DNA of 64,000 nucleotides from Acidobacteriota bacterium (GCA_965197285.1 OZ240092.1:4869303-4933302), one strand, 5' to 3'. Counted from the first letter of the stretch, positions 10,801 to 20,605 are shown. The notes: generated by a model from the letters alone, not told the origin. Program-made: numbers and translations.

Positions 10801-11623
10801 GCTCAGAAAGGTAGGGTCGCAGCTGGCCGGGACCCAGGGAGCAGTTCAAGCCAACGATCAGCGGCCCGGCATGGCGGATGGAATACCAGAAGGCCTCAAC
10901 CGTCTGCCCTGAAAGCGTCCTCCCCGACAAATCGACAATCGTCCCGGAGATCATCACGGGCAGTGCCTGCCCCCTGTTCTCGAACAGCTCCGCAAGAGCG
11001 TAAAAGGCGGCTTTGCAGTTCAGTGTGTCGAAAACGGTCTCAATCAGGATCAGATCGGCTCCCCCGTCGATCAGTCCCCGGGCAGCTTCCCCGTAGGCCC
11101 CGGCGAGTTCACCGAAACTCACCACTCGGAATCCGGGATCATTCACATCCGGGGACATCGAGGCGGTGCGGCTGGTCGGTCCCAGGACTCCGGCCACGAA
11201 GCGAGGCTGCTCAGGGGTTCTTGCGGCGGCCTCCCGGGCCGCGCGGCTGGCCAGGCTGGCCCCGGCGACATTCAGCTCGTAGGCCAGATGGTCGAGCTGA
11301 TACTCCTGCTGGGAAAGAGGGGTCGAGTTGAAGGTGTTGGTTTCAATGATATCCGCCCCGGCCTCCAGAAAGGCCTGGTGAATGGCCGACACGGCCTCAG
11401 GCTGGGTCAGATTGAGAACGTCGTGATTCCCCTTCAGATCAACCGGGTGATCCAGAAAACGTGTTCCCCGGCACGCCTGTTCGTCAAGGTGCTGGGCCTG
11501 AATCATGGTGCCGTACGCGCCGTCCAGGAGGAGGATTCTCCCCGCCAGGGCCTTCGTCAGCAGCTGGGCCCGCTCATTGACAGGTGCTCCGATCTTGCGG
11601 TGTCGATTGGAAGAGTCCGGCAT
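7883..11623 (-). CDS. metH: Cobalamin-dependent methionine synthase
   Basis: [18 protein letters not shown] Zn site, pterin domain, [11 protein letters not shown]12 motif, [12 protein letters not shown] activation domain. Start at 11623 preferred over 11713 to avoid overlap with the upstream gene. Confidence 0.97.
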   Translation of the reverse strand: MPDSSNRHRKIGAPVNERAQLLTKALAGRILLLDGAYGTMIQAQHLDEQACRGTRFLDHPVDLKGNHDVLNLTQPEAVSAIHQAFLEAGADIIETNTFNSTPLSQQEYQLDHLAYELNVAGASLASRAAREAAARTPEQPRFVAGVLGPTSRTASMSPDVNDPGFRVVSFGELAGAYGEAARGLIDGGADLILIETVFDTLNCKAAFYALAELFENRGQALPVMISGTIVDLSGRTLSGQTVEAFWYSIRHAGPLIVGLNCSLGPGQLRPYLSELARIADTAVACHPNAGLPNDLGEYEETPEEMSAHLAEWAESGLLNLVGGCCGTTPEHIRAFKEAIAGFPARPIPGRKRQMCLSGLEPLRIEEGSGRFVNVGERCNVTGSARFKRLILEEDFEAALQVARDQVDNGAQILDVNLDHAMIDSEATMTRFMNLLVSEPDISRIPFMIDSSKWSVITAGLKCIQGKCVVNSISLKEGEEAFIAQAREIQRFGAAVVVMAFDEKGQADTADRKFEICQRSYRILTRKAGFPPEDIIFDPNIFPVATGIEEHDQYALAFFEATRRIRRELPHVHVSGGVSNVSFSFRGNNAIREAMHSIFLYHGIRAGMDMAIVNAGQIGIYEDIPPQVRERIEDVYFLRAPDATEKLVEEAKGFRGETARKEADLSWREETVDERLKHALVNGITQFIESDTEEARHNYARPLEVIEGPLMAGMQVVGDLFGSGKMFLPQVVKSARVMKKAVAWLDPFMESEAAATAGGSKGRIVTATVKGDVHDIGKNIVGVVLQCNNYDVIDLGVMVPADKILNTALEEGAHAIGLSGLITPSLEEMCVVAQEMSRRGFDLPLLIGGATTSKVHTALKIAPQYAGPTVHVPDASRVIGFVQGLFDVDKSQAFLKDIEDDYQKLREKRLARSSRTLSLQRARENRLILDSGADDPPQPTLTGRMVLDEYDLEELARRIDWRPFFQAWELVGRFPDLLDDPRIGEAARQLYDDARRLLDGMIRERWIEARAVLGFWPAQSSGDSIRVYADHDRREALLEFHMLRQQGQFRTGQPNLCLSDFLASVQSGRPDYLGAFVVTAGIGVEARAGQFEAEHDDYRSIMLKALSDRLAEALAERLHERVRKEFWAYAPDEELTNKQLIGEKYCGIRPAPGYPACPDHSEKAKLFELLDAEEAIGVRLTENFAMDPAASVSGFYFSRPESRYFGVGKIGRDQVEDYARRKGVAPALVESWLHSNLGYEPRLVSVS

Positions 11624-11633
11624 GGGCTTTCCT

Positions 11634-12590
11634 TCAGTCGGAGTCAATGGGGTCAATGCCCGTTTTGCGCTGTCGGGCCGTCCACACCCCGACGGTGAGA
11701 GCTCCCCCGGCAAGCGACAGGTGCTTCTCGGGTTCCAGGTGGGCGTCGCACAACCAGTCTCGCAGGGTGGCGGGTTTGAAACCGAGCCACCGGTGGGCGT
11801 CCTCCTCCCTCAATTCCTCCACATGATGCTCTTCGAAGTCCACCACGAACAGGCGACCTCCAGCGGCCAGCAGCCGGGCGGCTTCGGTGATCGCCTGAGC
11901 GGGGTGTTCGGCAAAATGGAGCACCTGGTGAATCGTAACGGCGTCGAAGCTCCGGCCCGGCAGCGGCACCTGATACATGTTGCATTGCCTGAGAACGCAG
12001 TTGCGGATCCCTTTGCGGGCCAAGCTCGCTCTTGCCACCTGCAGCATCTCGGTAGACGAATCAATACCCGTCATGTCGGGAACCGTATCCGCGAGAAGCT
12101 CCAGCACTCGTCCCGTCCCGGTGCCGATGTCGAGCAGGCGGCGGACCTCTTCGGCTGACACGAGATCGAGCAGGGTCTGCTCGACTTGTCGTTCATCCAC
12201 ATGCAGAGAGCGCACCTGATCCCAGCGCCTGGCATTCTTGCGAAAGTATTCGGCCGCCCTTTCCGTTCGTCTCTGAAACACCTGCTCGAGGCGTTGTACA
12301 TCCAGCACCAGCGTGGGATCGTCCACGGGCATGGAGCCGAGCAGCGTCCTGGCCAGTGCGGCCCCGGGACCCTCGCCGGCGAGACGAAAATAAACCCAGC
12401 TTCCTTCCCGCTGGCGATCGAGCAAGCCGGCCTGGTGCAGCAGCTTGAGGTGGCGCGAGACTCGAGGCTGGCTCTGGCCCAGAATCTGGGTCAGCTCGGA
12501 GACTGTCAGATCAGAGCTGGAGCAGAGGGTGAGAAGACGCAGGCGAGTCGGTTCCGCCGCCGCCTTCAGGACAGTCACAAGATCCTGCAC
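11634..12590 (-). CDS. ArsR-family HTH plus SAM-dependent methyltransferase-fold regulator (SahR-like)
   Basis: [13 protein letters not shown]...[12 protein letters not shown] ArsR domain fused to LLDIGTGTG motif I; directly upstream of metH; GTG start at 12590. Confidence 0.88.
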   Translation of the reverse strand: MQDLVTVLKAAAEPTRLRLLTLCSSSDLTVSELTQILGQSQPRVSRHLKLLHQAGLLDRQREGSWVYFRLAGEGPGAALARTLLGSMPVDDPTLVLDVQRLEQVFQRRTERAAEYFRKNARRWDQVRSLHVDERQVEQTLLDLVSAEEVRRLLDIGTGTGRVLELLADTVPDMTGIDSSTEMLQVARASLARKGIRNCVLRQCNMYQVPLPGRSFDAVTIHQVLHFAEHPAQAITEAARLLAAGGRLFVVDFEEHHVEELREEDAHRWLGFKPATLRDWLCDAHLEPEKHLSLAGGALTVGVWTARQRKTGIDPIDSD

Positions 12591-12596
12591 TTGAGA

Positions 12597-12626
12597 ATTA
12601 TAGATATAAAGATATGTAGATGTCAA
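12597..12626 (-). promoter_or_regulatory. Consensus sigma70 promoter overlapped by a SahR-like 20-bp operator
   Basis: Minus strand TTGACA-18 nt-TATAAT, 6 nt before GTG. Imperfect palindrome ACATCTACATATCTTTATAT (12604-12623) covers the spacer and part of the -35. Confidence 0.8.
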
Positions 12627-12638
12627 CACGTAGGGCCA

Positions 12639-12660
12639 GGGTTGCCCCAATGGGCAACCC
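12639..12660 (-). terminator. Hairpin downstream of the dsbD-like gene
   Basis: GGGTTGCCC-caat-GGGCAACCC perfect 9-bp stem; no clear U-tract. Confidence 0.45.
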
Positions 12661-12666
12661 GAAAAT

Positions 12667-14667
12667 TTATTCCTTGAGCGCCAGCACCGGGGGGGTTGCC
12701 AGACCCTGCTCCAGAAAGGACACGAATGCCCCTTCGCTGCGAGTGAGCCCGGGGAAGGTGGCGATGATCTGGTCGCCTGGAGTCATCAGCGCGTACAGGG
12801 GCAGGGCGATGGTCCGGAATCGGTCTTGCTCCATGCGCAGATTCGCTTCGTGCTCGGGCTTGCCACCATCCGTGTAGAGGCGCACCAGCACGTACTTATC
12901 AAAGAGAGCCCGCACCCGGGGCCGCACGAAGATGTTCGCCTCCATCCAGCGGCAGTTCGTGCACGTGTAGCCGGTGAAGTCGACGAAGATGGGCTTCCCC
13001 TTAGCCCGGGCCCGTTGCAGCGCCTCCCCATAGTCGGTCAGCCAGCGCTGCTGTTCTGTCTGGCCCGATCCCGCGACGGAGACCGCGTGGGCCGGGGCCC
13101 ACTGGTCCACACCGTAGTCGCGTGGGGGCAAAAAGGCATCCAGTTCGCCGAGAGAGGCCCCGAAGAGGCCTCTGAGTAGATAAAAGGAAACGGAGAGGAA
13201 GAAAATAGCGCTCAAAACGCGGCCTGCTCCCACGCGTGGAGCCGGGTCCTCATGGGGAAACGAGAAGTGGCCCAACAGATACAGCGTCAGGACGAGAGCC
13301 ACCCCCAGCCACACGGTGATGAAGACCGGTCGCGTGATGAGCTCCCATTGGAAGACAAGATCGACATTGCTGATGAACTTCATGGCTGCCGCCAGCTCCA
13401 GGAAGCCCATCGTGACCTTCATGGAACTCATCCACGAACCGGCTTTAGGAAGCGATTTGAGCAGCGAGGGGAAAAGGGCCAGGAAGAAAAAAGGTGCCGC
13501 GAAAACAGTTGCGAACGCACTGACGCCCAGCAGTGACCACAGCCAGTCTCCACGGGTGGCGGCGACCATGACGGTTCCCACAAACGGGACGGTGCAGGTG
13601 AAGGAAGTCAGCGAGAAAGCCAGCGCCATCAACAGGATTCCCGTCGCTCCCCCGACGGCAGAAGACTTCTTGTCCACCGCCGTGAGCCAGCCGGAGGGCA
13701 GGCGCAGCTCGATGGCCCCGAAAAGATTCAGGGCAAAAACAATAAACAAGGCGGCGATTGCGATGTTGACGACGGGACTGGCGGCGACCCGATTGATTCC
13801 CCCGGCCCCGAAAACGCGGGTTAGAGCGAACCCCAGAAGGGTGAAGGTCAAGATGATTCCGAGCGAGTAAAGAGCAGCGTCCTGAAGAGCCTGCCTTCGG
13901 CCCACGTCCCTCTTCGTAAAGTAGGAAACGGTAATCGGAATCATTGGGAACACACAGGGCGTGAGCAGCGCCAGGCCTCCTCCGGCCATCGCGAAGAGAA
14001 TGTAGGCCAGGGTCGTGGTTGGCACGCCCGGGGCCGACGCCGGCGGTAGTTGGGCTCCCCGCTCGGGCAAATACCGGCCCTCGGCGGCGAGCGGAGGCCG
14101 CATCTCGGTTTCCGGAGCTGCCACCGGGTTGAGCGCCCGGCGAAACTCGGTCGAGAGCGCGGCCGATCCTGTAGAAACCGTCAACAGGGTGGCGGCTTCG
14201 ATGTTGCGCGGCGGCAGGCACAGACGATCATTGCACGCCATGAAGCGAATCTTCAGAATCACCTCGTGCTCGCCGGCACTTGCAGTCGAAGCGACGCGGA
14301 CCGGCACGTCAAAATCGACTATCCCGTCAAAGTACTCCGTTTCGATGCCGAAGTTCTCGTCGTGGTCAGTTTTGGGGGTCGGCTGGCGGACTTTGCCGTC
14401 CGACTCGAAAAAAGCATGGTCCTTGAGCTGGATGGTGGTTGGCTGCGGAGCGGCCAGTACGTCATCGGGATAGGGGGTCAGGGAATACAGGTGCCAGGTT
14501 GGAGCCATGGTGGCGCGCAGCGTCAGGACGAGTCGGCCGCCCGGGGCAACAGCCTGCTCCACGGGGAGAATCTGAAAGCGGACCTCGTTCTGGCTCCACA
14601 GGGGACCCTGCAAGATCCCCATCACCAGAACGGTCCCTATCCAGCATCTCAAAATGGCGCGCTTCAC
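12667..14667 (-). CDS. dsbD: Protein-disulfide reductase DsbD family (N-terminal Ig-like, CcdA membrane and thioredoxin domains)
   Basis: CNDRLC, LLTPCVFPMIP, SFTCTVP and FTGYTCTNCRWME motifs. Confidence 0.88.
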   Translation of the reverse strand: MKRAILRCWIGTVLVMGILQGPLWSQNEVRFQILPVEQAVAPGGRLVLTLRATMAPTWHLYSLTPYPDDVLAAPQPTTIQLKDHAFFESDGKVRQPTPKTDHDENFGIETEYFDGIVDFDVPVRVASTASAGEHEVILKIRFMACNDRLCLPPRNIEAATLLTVSTGSAALSTEFRRALNPVAAPETEMRPPLAAEGRYLPERGAQLPPASAPGVPTTTLAYILFAMAGGGLALLTPCVFPMIPITVSYFTKRDVGRRQALQDAALYSLGIILTFTLLGFALTRVFGAGGINRVAASPVVNIAIAALFIVFALNLFGAIELRLPSGWLTAVDKKSSAVGGATGILLMALAFSLTSFTCTVPFVGTVMVAATRGDWLWSLLGVSAFATVFAAPFFFLALFPSLLKSLPKAGSWMSSMKVTMGFLELAAAMKFISNVDLVFQWELITRPVFITVWLGVALVLTLYLLGHFSFPHEDPAPRVGAGRVLSAIFFLSVSFYLLRGLFGASLGELDAFLPPRDYGVDQWAPAHAVSVAGSGQTEQQRWLTDYGEALQRARAKGKPIFVDFTGYTCTNCRWMEANIFVRPRVRALFDKYVLVRLYTDGGKPEHEANLRMEQDRFRTIALPLYALMTPGDQIIATFPGLTRSEGAFVSFLEQGLATPPVLALKE

Positions 14668-14836
14668 AATTTCTCCCCGTCTTGCCTATACCTTACAAGA
14701 CGGAGGAGACTGCCCCGGCGTTTCGGTATTTTTTCGGGAGAGGGAAGTCTCAGGCTGATGATGTCGCTAGCCGGCAGGACGCGAGATGGGGGGACGGGCA
14801 AGGGCACGGGCAAGGGCTCTGAACCGGCAAGGACCC

Positions 14837-16132
14837 TCAGGTTGGGTCTGGTGCAAGGTTTTCGTGAACGATCCTTCCGGCCACGATCGTCATGGCGGGA
14901 GCGCCCTGCAGTTTCCACCCGTCGAAGGGGCTGTTGCGGCTCTTGGACTGGAAGCTGGATACGTCGACGGTAATCTGCCGGTTGGGATCGATCACCGTAA
15001 TGTCGGCTATGCTGCCCTTTTTCAAGGTCCCCTTGCCCAGCTTGAGGATGCGGCTCGGGTTCTCGCTGAACAGTTGCACCAGGCGGCAGACCGAGACAAT
15101 CTCCGTCTTGACCAGAAACTCCCACGCCAGTGAAACGGCGCATTCCATGCCGATGATTCCATTGGCGGCCTCGCTGAAGGTGGTGTCTTTTTCCAGGCTC
15201 GTGTGAGGAGCATGGTCGGTGGCGATGCAGTCGATTGATCCATCTCGAAGGCCTTCCAACATCGCCTCGACGTCGCCGGGCTCCCGCAGCGGAGGGTTCA
15301 TTTTGTAGTTCGTGTCGTACGACTCAATGTTTTCGTCTTTGAGGATGAAGTGGTGGGGCGTAACCTCGCAGGTGACTCGAATCTCCCGCCTCCTGGCCTC
15401 CCGAATCCAGTCCAGGGACTCAGCGGTCGAAAGGTGTGCGATGTGGGCGTGGCCTCCGGTGACCCGGGCTAGAATCACGTCCCGCACCACGTCCAGTTCT
15501 TCCGCCGTGCGGCTCATGCCGGGCAGCCCCAGCCGCGTTGCCGTCGGTCCCTCATTCATGCAGCCGCCGGCCGCCAGGGCCGGATTCTCGCAGTGATCCA
15601 CGACCGGGATGTCAAAGATGCGCGAGTACTCGAGGGCGCGGCGCATCAATTGGGGGTTTTCGACGGGACTGCCGTCGTCGCTGACAGCCACGGCTCCAGC
15701 TTCGACCATCTCGCCGATCTCCGCCAGCTCCCGGCCCAGTGACTGCTTGCTGATCGCCCCGCAGGGATGAACGTTGATCAGGTTGTACTCTCGGGACTTG
15801 TCGATGATGTAGCGCGTAATCGAGGCGTTGTCGTTCACCGGTTGGGTGTTGGGCATGCACATGAGAGTGGTAAACCCGCCCGCCGCGGCGGCCTTCGACC
15901 CCGACTCGATCGTCTCTTTGTCCTCGCGCCCGGGCTCGCGAAGGTGGACGTGCATGTCAATGAAGCCGGGGGCCACGATCAGATGCTTCACGTCCACCAC
16001 TTTCCATTCGGGGCGCGGCTCGATTCGGCCGAGATCGGCGATTGATCCGCCTTCGATCAAGACATCGAGTTCAACCTGGTCGAGGTCCTGGCTGGGATCC
16101 ACCACGGTCCCGCCTTTGAGCAAAAGGGTCAT
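14837..16132 (-). CDS. pyrC: Dihydroorotase
   Basis: PGFIDMHVHLREPG, EVTPHH, KMNPPLR, ATDHAPH. Confidence 0.96.
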   Translation of the reverse strand: MTLLLKGGTVVDPSQDLDQVELDVLIEGGSIADLGRIEPRPEWKVVDVKHLIVAPGFIDMHVHLREPGREDKETIESGSKAAAAGGFTTLMCMPNTQPVNDNASITRYIIDKSREYNLINVHPCGAISKQSLGRELAEIGEMVEAGAVAVSDDGSPVENPQLMRRALEYSRIFDIPVVDHCENPALAAGGCMNEGPTATRLGLPGMSRTAEELDVVRDVILARVTGGHAHIAHLSTAESLDWIREARRREIRVTCEVTPHHFILKDENIESYDTNYKMNPPLREPGDVEAMLEGLRDGSIDCIATDHAPHTSLEKDTTFSEAANGIIGMECAVSLAWEFLVKTEIVSVCRLVQLFSENPSRILKLGKGTLKKGSIADITVIDPNRQITVDVSSFQSKSRNSPFDGWKLQGAPAMTIVAGRIVHENLAPDPT

Positions 16133-16141
16133 GATTCCTCT

Positions 16142-17071
16142 TTATTCTTCCCGCCCGCCCAGGATCAGATAGAGCAGGGCCATTCTGAGCGCTACACCGT
16201 TGGACACCTGGTCGAGGATGACCGAATAGGGCCCGTCTGCGAGCTGGGGATCGATCTCGACTCCCCGGTTGATGGGTCCCGGATGCATGATGATGGAGTC
16301 TTTGCGGGTCACCTTCATCTTCTCTTCGTTGAGGCCGTAGAGACGGAAATACTCTCGTATGGATGGAAACAAGACTTCCCTCTGACGCTCCCACTGTGTG
16401 CGCAGCAACATGACGACGTCGGCATCTCTGAGAGCTGTGGAGAGATCGTAGGTCACCTCGACCCCGTATTCCTCGAAGCCGATCGGAATCAATGTGGGGG
16501 GACCGCAGACCCGAACGTCAACCCCCATTCTGGTGAGCAGCAGCGCGTTCGAGCGGGCTACCCGGCTGTGGGAAATGTCCCCCACGATGGCGGCTCGCAG
16601 CCCCTGCAGGGACTCCTTGTGGTCCAGGATCGTCATAGCATCGAGCAGCGCCTGGGTGGGGTGCTCGTGCACCCCGTCCCCTCCATTGATGATATGGGTG
16701 TCGGTGCAGTATCGACTCAGATAAGCCGGCGCACCGGAGTGGGGATGGCGTACGACGAGAACGTCGGGCCGCATGGCATGCAGGGTCAGTCCGGTGTCTT
16801 TGAGGCTCTCTCCCTTACTGACGCTGCTGGTCGAAGCGGTGAAGTTAATGGCGTCGGCGCTCAGGCGCTTGGCCGCGATCTCAAAAGACGATCGAGTTCG
16901 GGTGGATGGTTCGAAAAAGGCGTTGATGACGGTGCGTCCCCTGAGCGTGGGAACCTTCTTGATTTTTCGCTCCGAGATTTCCAGAAAACCGGCAGCAGTG
17001 CGCAGCACTTCCATTATGGTTTCCGGGGCAAGATCTTCGATTCCAAGCAGGTGCCGGGACTTCAACGCCAT
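16142..17071 (-). CDS. pyrB: Aspartate carbamoyltransferase catalytic subunit
   Basis: FFEPSTRTRSSF, HEHPTQALLD, MHPGP. Confidence 0.97.
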   Translation of the reverse strand: MALKSRHLLGIEDLAPETIMEVLRTAAGFLEISERKIKKVPTLRGRTVINAFFEPSTRTRSSFEIAAKRLSADAINFTASTSSVSKGESLKDTGLTLHAMRPDVLVVRHPHSGAPAYLSRYCTDTHIINGGDGVHEHPTQALLDAMTILDHKESLQGLRAAIVGDISHSRVARSNALLLTRMGVDVRVCGPPTLIPIGFEEYGVEVTYDLSTALRDADVVMLLRTQWERQREVLFPSIREYFRLYGLNEEKMKVTRKDSIIMHPGPINRGVEIDPQLADGPYSVILDQVSNGVALRMALLYLILGGREE

Positions 17072-17080
17072 GACCGGCTC

Positions 17081-17650
17081 TCAGTCATCGCCATTCCCCC
17101 GCTGCATCAGCTCGAAAGTGCTCAGGTAGACGGCCTTGTCGTTGTCGACTGGGGGGATCCGGACCTCGACCACTTCGTCCGCCGACGTCTCTATGAAGCG
17201 GCCCACGTAATTGGGCTGGATGGGAAGCTCGCGGTGCCCGCGGTCCACCAACACTACCAGTTCCACTTTGTCGGGACGACCGTAGTCCAGGATGCTCTCG
17301 AGAGTCGCCCGAACTGTGCGGCCGGTGAAAAGCACGTCGTCCACCAGCAGGATCTTCTTTCGATCAATCGGAAAAGGCAGTTCAGACCCGTGCACGACAG
17401 GCTGCGTGGCGACGAGAGAGAAGTCGTCTCGATAAAAGGTGATATCCAGACTACCGTATTCGATGGTCTTCCCCAGCCTTGCTGCGATCTCCGCCTGCAG
17501 AAGCTCCGCCAGAGGAACCCCCCGCCGCCGGATTCCCACGATGACGGTGTCTTCCAGCCGCGGATGATCGCGCACGATTTCGACCGCCATCTGGGAGAGG
17601 GCAACGTCCATCTCCCGTTCCGTCATGATCCGCCGGAGATACTTGCTCAC
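17081..17650 (-). CDS. pyrR: PyrR (pyrimidine regulator / uracil phosphoribosyltransferase)
   Basis: GIRRRGVPLA, LDITFYRDD, LVDDVLFTGRTVRA, DRGHRELPI; GTG 17650 preceded by GGAGG. Confidence 0.95.
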   Translation of the reverse strand: MSKYLRRIMTEREMDVALSQMAVEIVRDHPRLEDTVIVGIRRRGVPLAELLQAEIAARLGKTIEYGSLDITFYRDDFSLVATQPVVHGSELPFPIDRKKILLVDDVLFTGRTVRATLESILDYGRPDKVELVVLVDRGHRELPIQPNYVGRFIETSADEVVEVRIPPVDNDKAVYLSTFELMQRGNGDD

Positions 17651-17746
17651 GTGCCCTCCACTGGAAAATCTGAGGGATTCTAACACAGCCGCTTTCGCGC
17701 GTTCTACGCTTCGGACCCCCGTCGGACGCTATGCTATCCTTGCCCC

Positions 17747-18571
17747 ATGACCGGCGACGTCGAGGGGAAGGTTCGGGCCAATGAGTCCCTCGGGCGCGAC
17801 AATTTCCTGCTCACCGTCGAGGCCCCCGCCATTGCTGCTGCCACCCGACCCGGACAGTTCGTGATGGCGGCTGCCGCCGAGACCTACTCGCAGCCCTTTC
17901 CCCTGTTGAGGCGCGCCCTGGCGGTGTTCTCCATTGAAGGTTCGAATCGCGACCGGATCACGCTGCTGCTCAAGATCATCGGCGACGGAACGCGCAAACT
18001 GGCCGGAATGAAGGAGGGAGATCCGATCAGGCTGGTGGGTCCGCTGGGGTGTGCCTTCGACTGTCAGCGGGCGCGCGGCCGGCAGGCCCTGATCGTGGCC
18101 GGTGGAATCGGCATCGCCTCGGTCTATCTGCTGGCCGAGGAGTTGGTCCACCAGGGGACCGACGTACATCTGATCTACGGGGGGAGATCCGCCGGCGACC
18201 TGGTCTGTCTGGAGTACTTCGAAAGGCTTCCCATTTCGCTCACTCTGACGACGGAAGACGGCAGCCGGGGACGCGCCGGTCGCGTCACCGGGCCCCTGGC
18301 CGAGTGCCTTCCCGGCCTCTCGCCCGATAACAGCATCGTCTTCACCTGTGGGCCCAATGCCATGATGAAGGCGGTTTCGAGCCAGGTGTTGCGTCTGGGA
18401 ATACGCTGCCAGGTCTCGGTAGAGACGAAGATGGCGTGTGGTTTCGGGGTCTGTCTCGGGTGCAGCGTCAAGGTCGGAGATCGATACCGCCTGGCCTGCA
18501 CGCATGGACCCGTATTCGAGGCGGCCGGGTTTGTGTGGGAAGAAGAAACCAAGTCGAGTGCGGTGGCATGA
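17747..18571 (+). CDS. pyrK: Dihydroorotate dehydrogenase electron-transfer subunit
   Basis: PGQFVM, GPLG, AGGIG, CGP, MACGFGVCLGC...ACTHGPVF 2Fe-2S motif. Confidence 0.93.
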   Translation: MTGDVEGKVRANESLGRDNFLLTVEAPAIAAATRPGQFVMAAAAETYSQPFPLLRRALAVFSIEGSNRDRITLLLKIIGDGTRKLAGMKEGDPIRLVGPLGCAFDCQRARGRQALIVAGGIGIASVYLLAEELVHQGTDVHLIYGGRSAGDLVCLEYFERLPISLTLTTEDGSRGRAGRVTGPLAECLPGLSPDNSIVFTCGPNAMMKAVSSQVLRLGIRCQVSVETKMACGFGVCLGCSVKVGDRYRLACTHGPVFEAAGFVWEEETKSSAVA

Positions 18572-19509
18572 CGGATCCTGCTGACCTGCAGGTTGAGATT
18601 GGCTCGCTCACTTTGAAAAACCCCGTGCTGACCGCGTCGGGAACCTTTGGCTACGGCCTCGAGTTCGAGCAGTTCTTTGACATCTCTTTGCTGGGCGGGT
18701 TCTGCACCAAGGGACTTTCGCTCGAACCCATGGCCGGGACGGCGCCCGGAAGAATCCACGAGACCCCGGCCGGCATGCTCAACGCCATTGGTCTCGAGAA
18801 CGTGGGCGTGGAAGGATTCATCAAAGAGAAGCTGCCGCGCCTTGAGGACTGTGGCTGTCGCATTGTTGCCAACGTCCTGGGCAAAACGCTGGCTGAGTTC
18901 GAGGCCATCGCCCGGCGCCTTGACCCGTATCCGCAGGTCGCGGCGCTGGAGCTGAACATCTCCTGTCCCAACATCAAGGAAGGGGGAATCGAGTTTGGCC
19001 ACGATCCCGCGATGACCTACGCCGTCACCGCCGCGGTGCGCGATTGTACCTCCAAACCGTTGTGGGTGAAGCTGTCTCCCAATGTCACCGACATTCGCCT
19101 CTTTGCCCGCGCCTGCCAGGATGCGGGGGCCGACGCCATCAGCCTCGTGAATACATTTGTGGGAATGAGCATTGACGTGAACAAACGACGCCCCATGCTT
19201 TCCAATACCACTGGAGGGCTCTCAGGGCCGGCCATACGCCCACTGGCGGTGCGCATGGTCTATGAAGTGAGCCAGGTCGTATCCATACCCATCATCGGGA
19301 TCGGAGGTATCTCGACGGCTCGAGACGCACTCGAGTTCCTGGTGGCCGGAGCCAGTGCCGTCCAGATCGGGACCGCCAACTTCTACAACCCCACCGCCGC
19401 GGTCGAGGTCATTGAGGGGCTCGAGGACCACTGCCGCCGCCAGGGAATTCGTGACATCAACGAAATCGTAGGCACCCTGAAGGTCAGAGAAGGCCAGTTT
19501 TTTTATTGA
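18568..19509 (+). CDS. pyrD: Dihydroorotate dehydrogenase family 1B catalytic subunit
   Basis: KNPVLTASGTFG, ELNISCPN, VKLSPNV, GGLSG; ATGA overlap with the pyrK stop. Confidence 0.96.
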   Translation: MTDPADLQVEIGSLTLKNPVLTASGTFGYGLEFEQFFDISLLGGFCTKGLSLEPMAGTAPGRIHETPAGMLNAIGLENVGVEGFIKEKLPRLEDCGCRIVANVLGKTLAEFEAIARRLDPYPQVAALELNISCPNIKEGGIEFGHDPAMTYAVTAAVRDCTSKPLWVKLSPNVTDIRLFARACQDAGADAISLVNTFVGMSIDVNKRRPMLSNTTGGLSGPAIRPLAVRMVYEVSQVVSIPIIGIGGISTARDALEFLVAGASAVQIGTANFYNPTAAVEVIEGLEDHCRRQGIRDINEIVGTLKVREGQFFY

Positions 19510-19532
19510 AATGGGCGATGGGCTGGAACTTT

Positions 19533-19660
19533 GCAGGGGCCAGTCCTGTGCCAGCCCGTTGCGGCGGGCGACCACCCGGGGTCGCCCCTACCTTCGTAGG
19601 GGCCGGGGTCGCCCCTACGAAACCGAGGGAAAATCGTAGGGGCCGGGTCGCCCCTACGAA
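19533..19660. repeat. GTAG-type REP/REPIN cluster
   Basis: Long unit GCAGGGGCC...GTCGCCCCTAC followed by two short GTAGGGGC-cgg(g)gtc-GCCCCTAC hairpins, between convergent genes. Confidence 0.8.
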
Positions 19661-19681
19661 ACCGCTTCGCGAACAATCCCT

Positions 19682-20605
19682 TCAGTTCACCTGGAAGAAT
19701 GAGTCTGGAACCTCCTGGTTCTCTGAGCTTTGGTCGAACTTCATGGTCCATTGCCAGAGGGAGGTGCTTCTGGTTTCCTGGGTCGAGAACTGCACCACCC
19801 AGGTGGCCGGTAGCTTGAGTCCGCCGAAATCCCTGAAATCGCTGAACCGTTCTTCCAGCTTGAAACGTGAAGCACGCTGTCCGGCGGACTGCTCCGGAGT
19901 CGCACCCAGGCGGGCTGTTATCTGCACGCTATAGGTCGTCATGACGTGCGAGAAGTCCTCGGGAGAAAAGAACATGCGGATGCGGGCGTCCCCTCCGCGC
20001 TTGCGAATTCGGTAGTCCAGCTGGTGCAGTTCGCGCCCGTCGATCTTTTTCGTGCCCTTCAACTTCAGGATCGGTTTCTTCTCCTCGACGTTGACGAGCG
20101 GCCAAGCCGTCGTGAGTGCGCCCCCGAACAGACCCTCTCTCAGGATGGCCTTCTGCGAGAAGAGAAAGTCTGCCAGGGGGAATCGGACGCCCGGGATACT
20201 GAAGGCTGTCGTCGACTTCTTTCCGTCGGTGACAAATTGCTCGCCGTTGTAGTCACCGCGCGCGAAGTCAAGCAGGAAATTGACCCCGCTCTCCTTCGAC
20301 ACGAGTTGCGCTTTGCCGGCCATGTCCCCTTTACCCCCGACCAGTCTCTCGTGTTTGCAAGTCCCCACCATGACAAAGGTCTTGCGCCGGGCCAGAGCTT
20401 CTCCACTTCCCAGCGACTGGACATGGCGCAAAACGAGTTCATCTGCAGTGAGCTTCTTCTGCCCAGCGGGTTCCACGGCCCACGACTCGAAGACCGCGAA
20501 AACGGGCAGAACGAAGGCCAGCAACGTGATGGGCGAGCCCAGTGGCCGTCCCACCCGAAAACGCAATCTCATACGAACTCTCCGGTTGGCATCGTCGCCG
20601 TTCAT
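19682..20605 (-). CDS. Hypothetical secreted protein (beta-rich, outer-membrane-sorting-like)
   Basis: Hydrophobic leader; C-terminal FSDFRDFGGLKLP...NQEVPDSFF pattern; translationally coupled to the upstream gene. Confidence 0.65.
   Translation of the reverse strand: MNGDDANRRVRMRLRFRVGRPLGSPITLLAFVLPVFAVFESWAVEPAGQKKLTADELVLRHVQSLGSGEALARRKTFVMVGTCKHERLVGGKGDMAGKAQLVSKESGVNFLLDFARGDYNGEQFVTDGKKSTTAFSIPGVRFPLADFLFSQKAILREGLFGGALTTAWPLVNVEEKKPILKLKGTKKIDGRELHQLDYRIRKRGGDARIRMFFSPEDFSHVMTTYSVQITARLGATPEQSAGQRASRFKLEERFSDFRDFGGLKLPATWVVQFSTQETRSTSLWQWTMKFDQSSENQEVPDSFFQVN

Noticed and set aside
7925-10912. 995-aa plus-strand ORF, and similar long antisense ORFs at 3316-4761, 16283-17683, 23589-24824, 26682-27968 and 38739-40046
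   Set aside because: They lie antisense to well-supported genes, have no recognisable motifs, and are expected shadows of GC-rich codon usage
11624-12666. Cobalamin or SAM riboswitch upstream of metH
   Set aside because: Intergenic spaces are too short and no riboswitch core motifs were seen; a protein operator explains the region
19533-19660. Short repeated palindromes as a possible CRISPR array
   Set aside because: Too few units, no regular 30-40 nt unique spacers, no cas genes; fits REP elements
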